64,000 bases of DNA, taken from positions 558,001-622,000 of the forward strand of contig OZ251225.1 of the NCBI GenBank assembly GCA_965240325.2, given 5' to 3'. Shown piece after piece: positions 1-11,031 of this stretch. Below the pieces are notes generated by a model. That model did not search any database. It was given only the letters and a program-made list of their open reading frames with translations, and was not told the origin of the DNA. The DNA comes from Rebecca billardiae RCC1528. Lineage: Eukaryota; Protista; Haptophyta. Each line of letters opens with the position of its first letter. Positions within the stretch are counted from its first letter, which is position 1. The translations under genes and the position numbers were made by a program.

Positions 1-1460
1 TGCGTCACCTCCGCCGCTGAGATCTCGATCGCACCAGAGCGCTCGAGCGCGGCCGTGTCGTCCAGCCCCGCAGCGACTGGCTGCTGCCCGTCCTGAGTGA
101 CCCACACGTGCCCCTTGATCTCGGGCAAGGTGATCCGCCTCTCCGGGTCCTTCTCGAGCATGCGCGAGAGCAGGTCGACGGCCGCCGGCGAGACGCGCGG
201 GGGGGCGCCCGCGCCCGCGCCAAAGCTGGGCTGCTCAGAGCACACGCGCATCGAGAGCTCGTCGAGCGAGTCGGCCTCAAACGGCAGCTCGCCGAGCAGC
301 AGCTCGTACACCGTGACGCCGAGGGACCACACGTCGGCAGCGCGGCCGGAGTACGCCTGCGCGTCACGCCGGAGCACCTCGGGCGGCGCGTACGCGGGCG
401 TGCCGGGCGAGCCGACCGCCAGGTCGCTGCCGCCCTCCTCGCCCTCGGCCGACAGCCGCGAGACGCCAAAGTCGCAGATCAGGTACACGCCGTGCTCGTC
501 GTCGTGCAGGATGTTCTCGGGCTTGACGTCGCGGTGGATGATGCTGTGGAAGTGCAGGTACTCCAGCCCAAGGAGCACGTCCACCAGGCAGCGCCGCACC
601 TCCGGCTCCGGCAGCGGCGACGGCGGCGGCGGCGGCGGCGCGCCGCCCGCCGCGCCGCGCGCCGCCGCGGGCGCGTGCTTGAGCACCGGCCCGCCTCTCA
701 CGTACTGCAGGACGAGGTACATCTTGTCCTGCCGCGGGTCGTCGATGATCTCGTGCAGCTGCACGATGTTCGGGTGCGACAGCTTCTTCATGATCGCCAC
801 CTCGCGCAGCACATCCTCGAGCGCGTTCGAGAAGGCGCCGCGCTGCTCGTCAAAGTGGCGCTGCCGCTTGAGGAACGACTTCTTCACAATCTTGACGGCG
901 AACTCGGAGCCCGTGCGCATGTCGACGGCGCGCTTGACCTTGCCGTACGTCCCGCGGCCGAGGACCTCGAGCAGCTCGTACTGGTGCACCGACTTGCGCT
1001 TCTTGCTCGTGCTCGCGCCGCCGCCGACGGGCGCGACCGCACCCGAGCGCACCGGCGTCCATGCTGGCGCGCCGCCCACGTCGTCATCGTCGACGTCCAG
1101 GTCGCGGTTGAAGCTGGGGAAGCTCGCGCGCGAGGTGCTGATTGCGCTCAGCTCGTTCGAACTCCACTTGTGCGCGTCCACCGCGAAGTGTCCGGAGCCG
1201 TGCTGTGCGGAGAAGGGCGAGGCGAAGCCCCAAAAGGGGCGCACGCTGCGCGTCCACGTGCGCGAGGGCGTGCGCGTCCCGAAAGGCGGGACGGCCACCG
1301 CGTGGGCCACGCCCTCGGGCTTGGAGAATGGGTTGCCCGTGGTTGCGCACTCGGGAGCAGCCGGCGGGCGCGCGCTGGCACTTGCGCACGCCTCGCACGC
1401 CCCTGGAGCTGCGCCCGGTGGGCAACTTGCCAGATGGGCAGGCGACAGTGCGCGCCCACC
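1..1460 (-). CDS. Ser/Thr protein kinase, CaMKK/SnRK1-activating-kinase-like; 3' end runs off the window, 5' end unresolved
   Basis: Minus-strand frame in register with the + ORF 108..1520 reads KSVHQYELLEVLGRGTYGKV, FAVKIVKK, EVAIMKKLSHPNIVQLHEIIDD, IIHRDVKPENIL, ICDFGVS, GSPGTPAYAPPE, DVWSLGV. Frame is open from ~1460 to base 1. I found no in-frame ATG before the G-loop, so an upstream exon is probable. Confidence 0.88.
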
Positions 1461-1777
1461 TTACTTACTGATGCTTCTCGCTCACCGATCAGTAAACTTT
1501 ATACTGTAATCGTACCTTGATGAGTGTATCATACGTAGTAGTATTGGAGCATCGCTTTATTCTGTTCCAAATTGATCCGCGGCGCATTCGTCGTATAAAG
1601 CGATCCGGGATCAAGGGCGCGTCAAGTCAAAGATGCGGACATGCGGTGTGCCGTGTGCGTGCGCAGTTCACTGTCAGCAGATGACAATTGTATTAGTGTA
1701 ATAGTAGCAGCGCGATCGAGGTTGCACGATGGCGGCATCGGGCCATCCGTGCGCCAGTTGAGAGGCCAGGCCAAGGC

Positions 1778-2680
1778 ATGGGGAGTACGGTGCCCGCGCG
1801 CATGGGCGCGCTGTACGCCACCCTCGCAGCCCAGCCGCGCGCGCTCTTCGCGACCCACAACATCATGGACGGGCTGCGACTGCGCTCGCTCCTGCGCCAC
1901 TACGCCGACCTCAGACCGTACAGCGTGGTGGCGCTCTGCATCCAGGAGAACAAGCCTGGGCACGCTGAGCAGATCGCCGACACCCTCGGCCAAGGCTATC
2001 GCGCGCACTACGACGCGGGCGCCCCGCGCCTCGCCACTGTCTATGACTCAGGCGCGCTCGTCCTACGTGAGTCTGAGGTGCTCGAGCTGCCAAAGATCGA
2101 CACCATCCCGCTGTGGCAGCGGCTGTACATCGCGAGCGCCGAGCCGGAGCAGAAGCACGCCTCGCTGATGCGCTTTGAGCGAGCAGACACCCACTCGCCG
2201 CTGCTGATGGCGAATTTTCACCTCGACGCCGCGGGCACGAACCAGCACCGAGGCAACCAGCTGCTCACAATCTGCCGCGCTCTCGGTCGGCACTGGGCGC
2301 CAGGTACAGCCGTGGTCGCATGCGGCGACACGAACGCCTTCTCGTTCAGCCGCTGGCGGGCAAGCGCCGCACTCCGGCGCATGCTTGCTCCGCTCGAGAA
2401 CGAGCTCGGCGCTCTCGACGTGGGCGCCGCGGAGGACCGCAACACGCACTTCTTCTGGCGGGCCAACGAGCCCAAGCTCGGCCAAAGGATCGCCGTCTTC
2501 TTTGGGCAGTTCGGCGTGGACTTTCCCTGCCGCTACGACGTGCTGTGCACCAATCTCGACGTGCTCGACCACGGGCAAGTCGAGACGCTCGACTCCGACC
2601 ATGACTTGGTGTACGCAACCGTGGCATGGCGCAGAGGGCTTCACGACGACGTCAGTGTTCATTGTCCATCAGGCTCCTGA
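1778..2680 (+). CDS. Endonuclease/exonuclease/phosphatase (EEP) superfamily protein
   Basis: Ordered EEP motifs: ATHNI, LCIQE, ANFHL, VACGDTN, YDVL, SDHDLV; 300 aa, no intron needed. Confidence 0.85.
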   Translation: MGSTVPARMGALYATLAAQPRALFATHNIMDGLRLRSLLRHYADLRPYSVVALCIQENKPGHAEQIADTLGQGYRAHYDAGAPRLATVYDSGALVLRESEVLELPKIDTIPLWQRLYIASAEPEQKHASLMRFERADTHSPLLMANFHLDAAGTNQHRGNQLLTICRALGRHWAPGTAVVACGDTNAFSFSRWRASAALRRMLAPLENELGALDVGAAEDRNTHFFWRANEPKLGQRIAVFFGQFGVDFPCRYDVLCTNLDVLDHGQVETLDSDHDLVYATVAWRRGLHDDVSVHCPSGS

Positions 2681-4716
2681 TGGCTGATGACCGATCCGCT
2701 ATGCAGCCTTGAAATACTCAGAGTCAGACGACTCCGATGGCGGGCGATCTGACGCCAGTGCCCGTCGCATGCTACGACGTTATAATGTATATGTTTGTGT
2801 GACGATGTAATGTGTGCACATACACATTACATCGTCACATCACAATAAGTGTGTGCACAGTCTGAAGAAAGCGATTTTCGGCGTTACCGTAATAACCCGT
2901 CCGCACTTCCGCCCAGTGGGGATGCGTGGAATTTTTTCGGCGTCGCGTTCGTGCCGAATCGTGCGCCGATTCGCCGAAGACCGGGCCGAAGCCGTTTGAG
3001 CATGGTCGTTCGTGCGCACGCCCATTCGAATCGATGGCGCGCTCCGAGCGGCGGGCGTGCCGCCGTGCGCGCATGTGTGCCGCGAGGGGGGCTGCGAGGC
3101 GTCGGCCGGCTTGTCAAGGCGGTTCCCCGGGGCGGCGTCACCCTCGCCCGCCCCTCCTCGCCCACCCTCGCCCCACGGGCGGCCACACGTGACCTGTAAA
3201 GATGACTTCACGGTAGCCGCGCGGCACGCGCGCGGAGAGGCGAGGAAGTGGTGTTTCGCGGAAAAACGCTATGTAGCATTGTGCTCAACCCATGTGGGCA
3301 CCCGCTCCACAAGTTTGCGCGCCTTCAAACCGCACACAGCGGCCTGAGCAGCTCCCAGACTGAGTTTCGCTCTTGAAGCCTGGTTTTGGGCCAGATCTTG
3401 GTGTGGATGTAGCGCGGCGAGGAGGCTACCAGGTCAGTCGACCGACTTCAGTGCACGCGGCATGCGAGCACTGCGTGCGGGGAGGAGTGTGACATGACAG
3501 GCTGTGGCGAGGTGGATGGCCGTGCAGGAGTATGCTAGGAAGGGCCGCTCCCGCGCTCGCGCGGTGCCTCGCGCACGCCTCTGCGTCGAGGACGAGCGTG
3601 TTTGAATGGCTCCGGAGAAGGCTTACGATCGCTCGTTGCCGATGGGCAGCGCGCGACACGTGCACACGACGAAGGTGACGACCAGGCACTCCGGCGAGGG
3701 CGGCTGTGCTGGTAGCAGACTGCATTCGGAGTAAGATGCGCCATCTTACGCGCCGCTTCACCTCGCTGCATCGCCGCACTAAGCAGCAGGGCTCCACGCT
3801 CACGAATGGCTCACTCACTCACACTTCACAGCAGCGCGAGACTCACTCACACTTCACACAATCACAGCAGCGGACCTGAGACCGCACCGGTCAAATCGTA
3901 CGACGTCCGCCTGACAACTAGCTGCCAAATGTCCATCTGGCTGATCAGCTCGGATCCGACCCGTCCGCGATCGTGCCCGGAGTGACAGTCGTGCCGCGGA
4001 GGCTCGGAGTACTGAAGGACCGCGGAGGCTCGGAGTGCTGAAGGAGTCGGGTGTGACAGCAGGGTGCTTTAGCGCTGCGGCCCGTGCCAGCCAACGACCA
4101 GACGTACTCTGAACTCTGGCCACTTGACCCGTTGTCACACGGGTGAGTGACCGTACGCCCTGCCTACCGCGCGCGCCGCGCGACTCGGGGTGATGGAGAG
4201 CGGATGGCGACAGCAGCAGCAGTCCTCATGAAGGTACGATGAAGCTGGCGGCACGGGTGCACGAGGTGGCAGGCGAAAGCGCGCCGACGAGACCGCATTT
4301 GACACACCTGAGCCGCACGCGCGTGCCGTCGCCGAGCGGCGAGCGCGCTGCAAACGCGCCGAACTACCGCGCGCGCCACGACGGCGCGGCACTAGCTGAT
4401 GCAGGCCGTACTGCCGGCACTGCTTCTGCGATCATGCGCCACGGTCGCAGCTGACTGCGTGAGCAGCAAGCGGGAGGCGGGTCCGGAGTAGGCACGTGCA
4501 GGCGCGCTCGCAGCCAGGGGTTGGTCCCGCATGGTCTACGCATGGTCCGCCATCGTGCCGGGGCACGTCACCTGGCCGACGATCCGGATGTGGCCCAGTC
4601 CGGACGTCACGCGATCCGGGACGACGTGAATACGATTCGCTCGTAACGAATCGTTACGCTAAAGTCACGTCCGGCTCACGTCCAGATCAGCACTTTATAC
4701 TTAGGGAATATCGTAG

Positions 4717-4950
4717 GCGCGCTCTTTTTCGGCCTATAATCTGATCAACTTCAAGACCTCTCTATGCGATCTCAAAAACTCGAAACTGAATCTCAGTCGA
4801 AACTCGGTCTGAGTCAGGTCTCCGCCAGCCCTCCGCAAATCGCCCCCCGTCCCTTTTTTCTTGATCAAAGATCTTTTTGTCAAAACGTGGTTCGGGCCCG
4901 CAGTGCGGGCTCCACGCTGCGCGCTCCGCCCTGCACCGCGGGCCATCATC
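4717..4950. repeat. Dispersed repeat (probable transposon remnant), inverted copy at ~19715-19900
   Basis: ttgatcaaagatcttttt...cgtggttcgggcccgc...gcgggctccacgctgcgcgctccgccctgcaccgcgggccat matches the reverse complement of 19715-19810; weaker similarity (cgaaactcggtct, ctttttcg) extends further. Confidence 0.8.
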
Positions 4951-5227
4951 GTCCGTGATAGACGGATTAGAGAGAGAGTCAGCTAGAGACTAGATGAGAG
5001 AGAGAGAGAGAGAGACGTCAGACGGAGAGAGACTAGAGGCAGAGCCATCGAGATGAGATGAGTCAGAGAGAGTGATCGAGACTCACTAGTCAGTGACTAA
5101 TGACTAGAGAGAGCTTCAAGTTCAGCTAGAGTCAATCTAGCTTTCGTCTTCATATTAGCCACCGGTTGATGCCATATCCTGATGCCATCCTGGTCCTTGC
5201 ACTTGCAGCCTTGAGGCTTGATCGCCT

Positions 5228-7018
5228 TCAAGCGGGCTGAGCAGCCTGAGCCTTCACCCTTGCTGCTGCCTTCTTCGCCCTTGCTGCTGCCTTCTTCGCC
5301 GCGCTTTCCCTCCTCCTTGCAGCAACGCGTGCCATCATCGCCGCTCTTTTCCTCTTCCTTGCAGCAATTACAACACTCGCGCGATCGCGCGGCTGCATCG
5401 CGCAGCGCGCTGCCCCCTGTGTGAGGTCGCCCGTCCCATATGGCGGCGGCATCCCTGCCTCGGCGTCACCACGGCCACTCACAGCTGCGCATGTGGCGTT
5501 GAATCGGAGCAGAGGGGTGAGTCGGAGCGCCAGAGCGAGATGGCTGGGACCGGTGGTGTTCACTTCTCCGCGGAGCGCATCCAAGGCTGTCCGCCCACGC
5601 AAGAACGCGTCCGAAATGGGCATACCTGCCCTGCGCTGAGCCGTGCGAATCCAAGCCTCGCGAGCCTCATCGTCACGCGAGCGTGCTGCACGGGCGAGCT
5701 GGTCATTTTCTGACATGTTCCCTCTCGCTTTGCTCGGCACGAAAGCGAGCACGCGCTCAAATGCCTTCCGCGCGCATGCCGTGGCATTCGGTAGCGGAGG
5801 CAGCCCTTCAAGCGTGCACAGGTCCCGCCGCCTGTTATCGCAGCACACGGGCGGCACGTGCCCTGGCATCAGCGCCTCGGCGATGGCGGGCAGCAGCGGG
5901 CACATGGTCGCCATCCGGGCAAACGTGGTGTCGGGCAGCCCCAGAAGCACGGCGAGCTCTTGATCCGTCTTCGCGGCGAGCTCGCGAACCAGTTCCCTGC
6001 CCGTTCGCGCGAGTGGGTCCCCTCGGATCGCCATGCAGCGTGTCGGCACCACATAGCCGAACTGCAGCACCTTGCGCGCCAAGTCCGTGGGCACGCGGTG
6101 CGTGAAGCGCACGCGCGCGGTCGCGTTGAGCGCGTCGTGGATGTGCACCGACCACACATAGTGGCCCATACGATTTTTGATCCCGCGCGCCTGGAGCTGG
6201 CACTTGTACGATGCCCAGTGCTCGCCGATATCCAGCCACGTCTGCAGCGTGCCCGAGTCCGCCGCAACCCACCAGTCGAGGACAAAGTACGAAAGATCTG
6301 TCGCTGCGTCCCGCTTGCCCGAGGCGTAGGTGGAGACGAGGCACGGTCCGACGACGCGGCCCCACTTGTGACCACACGCCTGCTCCGCTGTGCGGCGCTG
6401 GAGCTCGTCCATCGGCCAGCGCATGCAGCACTCCGTTGGCAGCCAGATCGCATCAGGCGCGAGCGCGCGCAAGGGGACGGGCGCGGCAAAGACCAGGTCG
6501 ATGCGCGCGGCGAGCACGAGCGCGTACGGCGACCCGCGCGCGCGCTCGTGCGCGCGGACGAGCAGCGCGCCACGGCCGAGGGAGAGCGCCTGCGATGCAC
6601 CCGCATCCACGTGCTCGGTCGGTTCGTGCACACTCGCGACGAGTGCGTCGCCGTACAGGCTGTCGATGAACGCCGTGGCAAGGCCGTAGTTCCATGAGTG
6701 GATGAACACGTCGACGCCGCCTTCGTGCGCGTTGGCACGCACGACGTGCTTCATGTGCGACGCCGAGGCGACGGTGAGGGCGAGCTTGGACGGCAGGCAC
6801 GCGTCCGACGTGAGGTGCGACGGGGCCAGCAGCTGGCCAACCCGACCGTGCAGGACGAGTGCAAACGCGCGGTGCCGGCGCGTCGGGTCGTACAGCGCAG
6901 GGGCGCCACCTGCGCGTGTGATGTTCGTGGGAAAGGGCTGGGGCCAGGCGGTGACGACATCGAGGCCGGCCTCGACGGCGGCCGCAGTCACCAACGTGGA
7001 GATGATGAAGGGCAACAT
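5228..7018 (-). CDS. Secreted/type II membrane putative glycosyltransferase-like protein, 596 aa
   Basis: Hydrophobic N-terminus MLPFIISTLVTAAAV; motif order ALVLHGR ... VDVFIHSW ... YALVLAARIDL resembles the uncharacterised GT-like family with IAxxxxG/DVFxHxW/YDxxxxxRxD motifs; intronless; C-terminal AARxKKA repeats. Confidence 0.6.
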   Translation of the reverse strand: MLPFIISTLVTAAAVEAGLDVVTAWPQPFPTNITRAGGAPALYDPTRRHRAFALVLHGRVGQLLAPSHLTSDACLPSKLALTVASASHMKHVVRANAHEGGVDVFIHSWNYGLATAFIDSLYGDALVASVHEPTEHVDAGASQALSLGRGALLVRAHERARGSPYALVLAARIDLVFAAPVPLRALAPDAIWLPTECCMRWPMDELQRRTAEQACGHKWGRVVGPCLVSTYASGKRDAATDLSYFVLDWWVAADSGTLQTWLDIGEHWASYKCQLQARGIKNRMGHYVWSVHIHDALNATARVRFTHRVPTDLARKVLQFGYVVPTRCMAIRGDPLARTGRELVRELAAKTDQELAVLLGLPDTTFARMATMCPLLPAIAEALMPGHVPPVCCDNRRRDLCTLEGLPPLPNATACARKAFERVLAFVPSKARGNMSENDQLARAARSRDDEAREAWIRTAQRRAGMPISDAFLRGRTALDALRGEVNTTGPSHLALALRLTPLLRFNATCAAVSGRGDAEAGMPPPYGTGDLTQGAARCAMQPRDRASVVIAARKRKRAAMMARVAARRRESAAKKAAARAKKAAARVKAQAAQPA

Positions 7019-7069
7019 GCGGCAACGTACTTAGTCTGGTGACGTCGCGACGACGACGGTGATGATTGT

Positions 7070-7102
7070 GTACTTGCGTCTCTTATTCTTAGTAAACTGT
7101 AC
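7070..7102 (-). mobile_element. Probable DNA-transposon terminus fragment (TA-CAGTTTACTAAGAATAAGAGACGC on the minus strand)
   Basis: gcgtctcttattcttagtaaactgta is identical at 7076-7101 and 43173-43198, with a degenerate copy at ~42517-42560; it ends in TA followed by CAG on the minus strand. Confidence 0.45.
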
Positions 7103-7112
7103 TAATCTTCAA

Positions 7113-8397
7113 AAATCATCATAGATGTTAGTACGCCCATACAGTATGCTGATGACTTGCTGAGTATAGAAAAAGCATCATGCGTGCCCCTTCTGCCGAC
7201 TCGGCTCAAACTCGATGATCTTGAATTGCAAGACCGTGCACTGCTTGTACCTGGGACCACTGCCACAGTGTTGGGCTCGTATGCTGTTGGCAATGGCATA
7301 CCCCCGCCCCCTCTGGAGGCGGGCTGTCCACAGTGGAGTGGCCTGTCAAGACACTAGGTGTCTCGGTCAGTGGTTTGAGGTTGGGTGAGGGTGGTGGTTG
7401 GTTGGGGGCTGGCCAGGGTAGGGCTGGAGGCTTCGGCCGCCAGCCTGATCACCCGGAGCCCGTTATAAAGGGGAATTTTAAAGCATCAATTATTAGCAAA
7501 ACGTGTTCGCTTTCTATGAGAAAACACCGGACACTCACTTTCCCGAGAGCAGGGCTGGACGGCGCACGTGGCGAAAAAAAGGTGCGCACCGGGCGCCCGA
7601 GCCGCCCGCGCGGCACGCGACCTCAACTGCACCTGTTCCGATCTCGAGCTGTGGGCAGGGCGGGGTGTCGTGGATCCATGGGGAGACGCTCGGGGAAATT
7701 CGTCGGGGTAGTCTGGGACTGCGCGCGCACGCTCCCCGCCCTTCAGCGCGCCGCGCGTCGCCATGCTGAATTTCCGCGAGCGGGCGGGTGCAGGGGGGGG
7801 TAACGACATATTTTCCGAAATCTTGCGCTGTGACTTTCTTTTTCCTCCGACGGGTTTCGTCGTTTTTTTGTCTTCGGAATTGTCGTAGGTCTTCCCATGA
7901 AATTGTCCGAAGGAAAAAAAAGCCGTGCGTGTCCGAAAGCTGTCTGGAACGGCCTTCCGAGGCAGGCGAGATTGCAGGCCCTGTCCTGTAATTGACGTAC
8001 CCGTTGTCGTATTCGATCGGATTACGACCGTCACCTTAGAATAGGCACCATCTATTCACGACAGATTGGGATGCATAGCGGGGTTCATGCTTCTATACAG
8101 TTGCGATCGCGTGCGGACTATTTGTGCACTGGTCGTAGAGCGCATATCTCCGCATTTCTTCCAATATCTGGCTATATCACAGCCAATATTGAACCAAATG
8201 AGAATTTCTCAAATTCTCAAGAGTTCGTAGCCTAAAGAGGGGTAAACATCATATAGATGTTAGTACGCCCATATGCTGACTTGCTGAGTAGAAAAAGCAT
8301 CATGCAGCATCATCAATTAGCAAAACGTGTTCGGTTTCTATGAGAAAACACCGGACACTCACTTTCCCGAGAGCAGGGCGGGACGGCGCACGTGGCG
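7113..8397 (+). repeat. Local direct duplication: 7113-7183 plus 7481-7573 re-occur joined at ~8245-8397
   Basis: catcatagatgttagtacgccca...aaaagcatcatgc and agcatca...attagcaaaacgtgttcg...ggcgcacgtggcg are each present twice; the second copy lacks the ~300 bp between them. Confidence 0.85.
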
Positions 8398-8677
8398 GGG
8401 TTCCTGATGAGGTCCCGCTGGCTTTCTCCCCCCTCGACTTGGAACCACCTTCACCCTTGCTGCCAGAGTGTATGTTACAAGCTACCTCCGGGACTCACTA
8501 TTCACACTGATGAGTCTGACAACGCCCCCCCTTGCGGCCCTTGCCCTTGGTCTGACAAGGACCGCCTGCTAGTATGGCGGCATCGATCATCGTCTTTGCC
8601 ATTTCTAATCCTCTGCTAGGGCTGTAACGTCGGATTCTCGACGACGACATCGAGATCGACGATCGCCCGATCGGTCA

Positions 8678-10902
8678 TCACGCGAAACCGCCCACGAGCC
8701 CGGCGACGACGACGACAAGGAGCGCGCCCGCAACGTGCACGGCGACCTGACCTCGCCGCGACTCGACCCACGCCTCCGTTGTGCCTGCCGCCCCGGCCGC
8801 CGCGACATCGACGCCAAGTGCTGGCGGCACATCCTCGAGCTTCGCCGGCGCGGCCTTCGGATCAGCCGCTCCTGCGCCTCCGCTCTCCCCGCGTGCGCCA
8901 GTGTGCGCCGCCAGCTGCGAGTGCGCCGGCTGCGAGTGCGCCGGCTGCGAGTGCTGGCTCTCGCTCGAGGAGCTGCTGGGCTGCGAGGAGGGGCCGCTGG
9001 TTGCCTTCGGCGGGGCCGCGCCCGGGTCGGCGCGGACGAGCTCCGCAGCCTTGTGCGCGCTCGCGCCGGCCGCGCCTGTGGCCGTGCTGTCCATCATCTG
9101 CACGTGCGGCGAGCGCTGCCTCTTGACGCCCGTCGAGCCCGCGCCGTCCGCGGCCCGGCTGACCGCGGCGCCGTGCAGCGCCTGCGGCGGCGGCGGCGCG
9201 CCGAGAAGCGAGACGACGACGGCGATGGCGAGCGTGACGGCGGCGATCACGAGCGCGACGTAGAGGAAGTGCGCGCACGCGAACCACGGCCCGCCGATCG
9301 TCGTGCCCACCCTCGCCGCCTCGCACTGCTTCACCATCCCCAGGTGCACGCCGTACTGCGCCAGCCCAAACACTGAGCCCACCAGCAGTGCGGCAAACGC
9401 GCCGCGCGCGTTGCACCGCGGCCAGAAGACGCCGAGCGTGCCAACGACGGTGATGGCGGGCGCGATGTGCGCGGTCGCGTTCTGCACCACGAGGTCTGCG
9501 CCGCGCGCGGTCGGGCGGCGCCGATGGGGCGTTGGGCACGACGCGGGGGCGTGAGCACGCGCCCGCTCGGCAGGCGGCGCGGCGCGCGCTGGCGGTGGGG
9601 CGCTCTGGCGGCGGACGGCAGGCGTGTGCGCGCGTGCGACGCACAGAACTCGCCGTCCTGGTGCGCGACGATGGGGAGCCACGCCATGGCGAGCACGCAC
9701 ACCACGCTCGTTGCGATCCGCCCGCACCACAGCAGCTCACGCTCCGACGCGCGCGGCGAGAGGAAGCGATGGTAGATGTCGACGGTGAAGAGGGTCGACG
9801 CGGAGTTGAAGTTGCTCGAGAGCGAGGACATCATCGCGCACACCATCGCCGCGACCATCACGCCGACCATGCCGACGGGGAACTCGCGCAGGATGAGCTC
9901 GGGGTACGCCTTGTTCGCGTGCCGCGCCTCGTCCAGCCGTGTCGCGCACCAGCCCGCGCCCGCGTCCGCGTCCGCGCCGCCCGCCATCCGGCAGCGCTCG
10001 AACAGCACGCGCGCTGCGATGCCCGGCAGCACCATCATGAACGGCGGCAGCAGCTTGGCGTACCCCGCGGCGACGCAGCCGGCGCGCGCGTGCGGCAGGC
10101 TGCGGGCCGCGAGCACGCGCTGCACCTGCGTCTGCTCGAAGATCCAGTACCACACCGAGCTCACCAGCTGGCCGGTGAGCATCGCTGCAAACGGGTACGA
10201 CGCGTCGTCCGCCGGCCGGTACATGTGCAGGTGCGAGCGCAGGTGCGCGAGCTCGAGGGTGTGCTGCATGCCCGCCCAGCCGCCGACGCGGCGCATGGCG
10301 ATGATCATCCCGCCGATCCCGCCGCCCACGAAGATGATCGCCTGCAGCACGTCCGTCAGCATCACCGCCTGCAGCCCGCCGCCGATCGTGTAGATGCCCG
10401 TCGTCACGATGATGATGGGCGTCGACGTCCAGAGCGACCAGCCTGCGAGGACCTCGAGGAGGATGGCGCCGGCGAAGAGGGTCGCCGCGATCTTCGTGAT
10501 GATGCACGAGAGCAGCGAGAGCACCGAGACCAGCACGCGCGTCTCCTTGCCGAACCGGCCCTCCATCCACTCCGGGATCGTCGTCACCATCGACCGCAGG
10601 TAGACCGGCGCGAACTTCTCGCCGAGCATGACGATCAGCCAGCCGGCGGTCCACTCGTAGAGCGAGACGGGCAGGCCGGACGCCGCGCCCGAGCCCGCCT
10701 GCCCCACGAAGTGCTCCGTGCCGATGTTGGATGCGAAGAGCGAGCCGCCGATCGCCCACCACGGCATCGCACGCCCGCCGAGGAAGAAGTCGGAGGAGGA
10801 CGTGGCGTTGCGCGCGACCCAGGTGGCCCAGATGCCGATCGCAAAGACGCCGAGCAGGATCACCACGATCACCAGCACGTCGGGCCACGCGAGCGCCGCC
10901 AT
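8678..10902 (-). CDS. Sodium:solute symporter (SLC5/SGLT-like sugar or inositol transporter); exons 10902-9645 and 9495-8678
   Basis: SSF motifs DFFLGGRAMPWWAIGGSLFASNIGTEHFVGQAG, YTIGGGLQAVMLTD, QVQRVLAAR, MSSLSSNFNSASTLFTVDIY; a GTGCG...CGCAG intron (9644-9496) restores QDGEFYLVVQNATAHIAP. Confidence 0.93.
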
Positions 10903-11031
10903 GAGGGCCCGTCCAAAACGCACCGCGCTAAACACGGCGCGTCCAGATGCAGGGGCTCGGCTGGGCAGCTGAGCTTCCGCTCCGCCGGCAATTCCGGCCA
11001 CCGGAATATTAACTTGCGAAGTAGCGGAACG

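Noticed and set aside
97-1520. Two 470-aa + strand ORFs
   Set aside because: Antisense shadows of the minus-strand kinase; no motifs of their own.
2800-4700. Many short ORFs in 2.8-4.7 kb, also 15.7-16.7 kb and 45.7-46.4 kb
   Set aside because: No domain motifs or coding-type codon bias; treated as non-coding or decayed repeat DNA.
9645-9655. Possible GC-AG intron donor in the symporter gene
   Set aside because: A canonical GTGCG donor at 9644 gives a better SLC5-like sequence (GEFYLVVQ).
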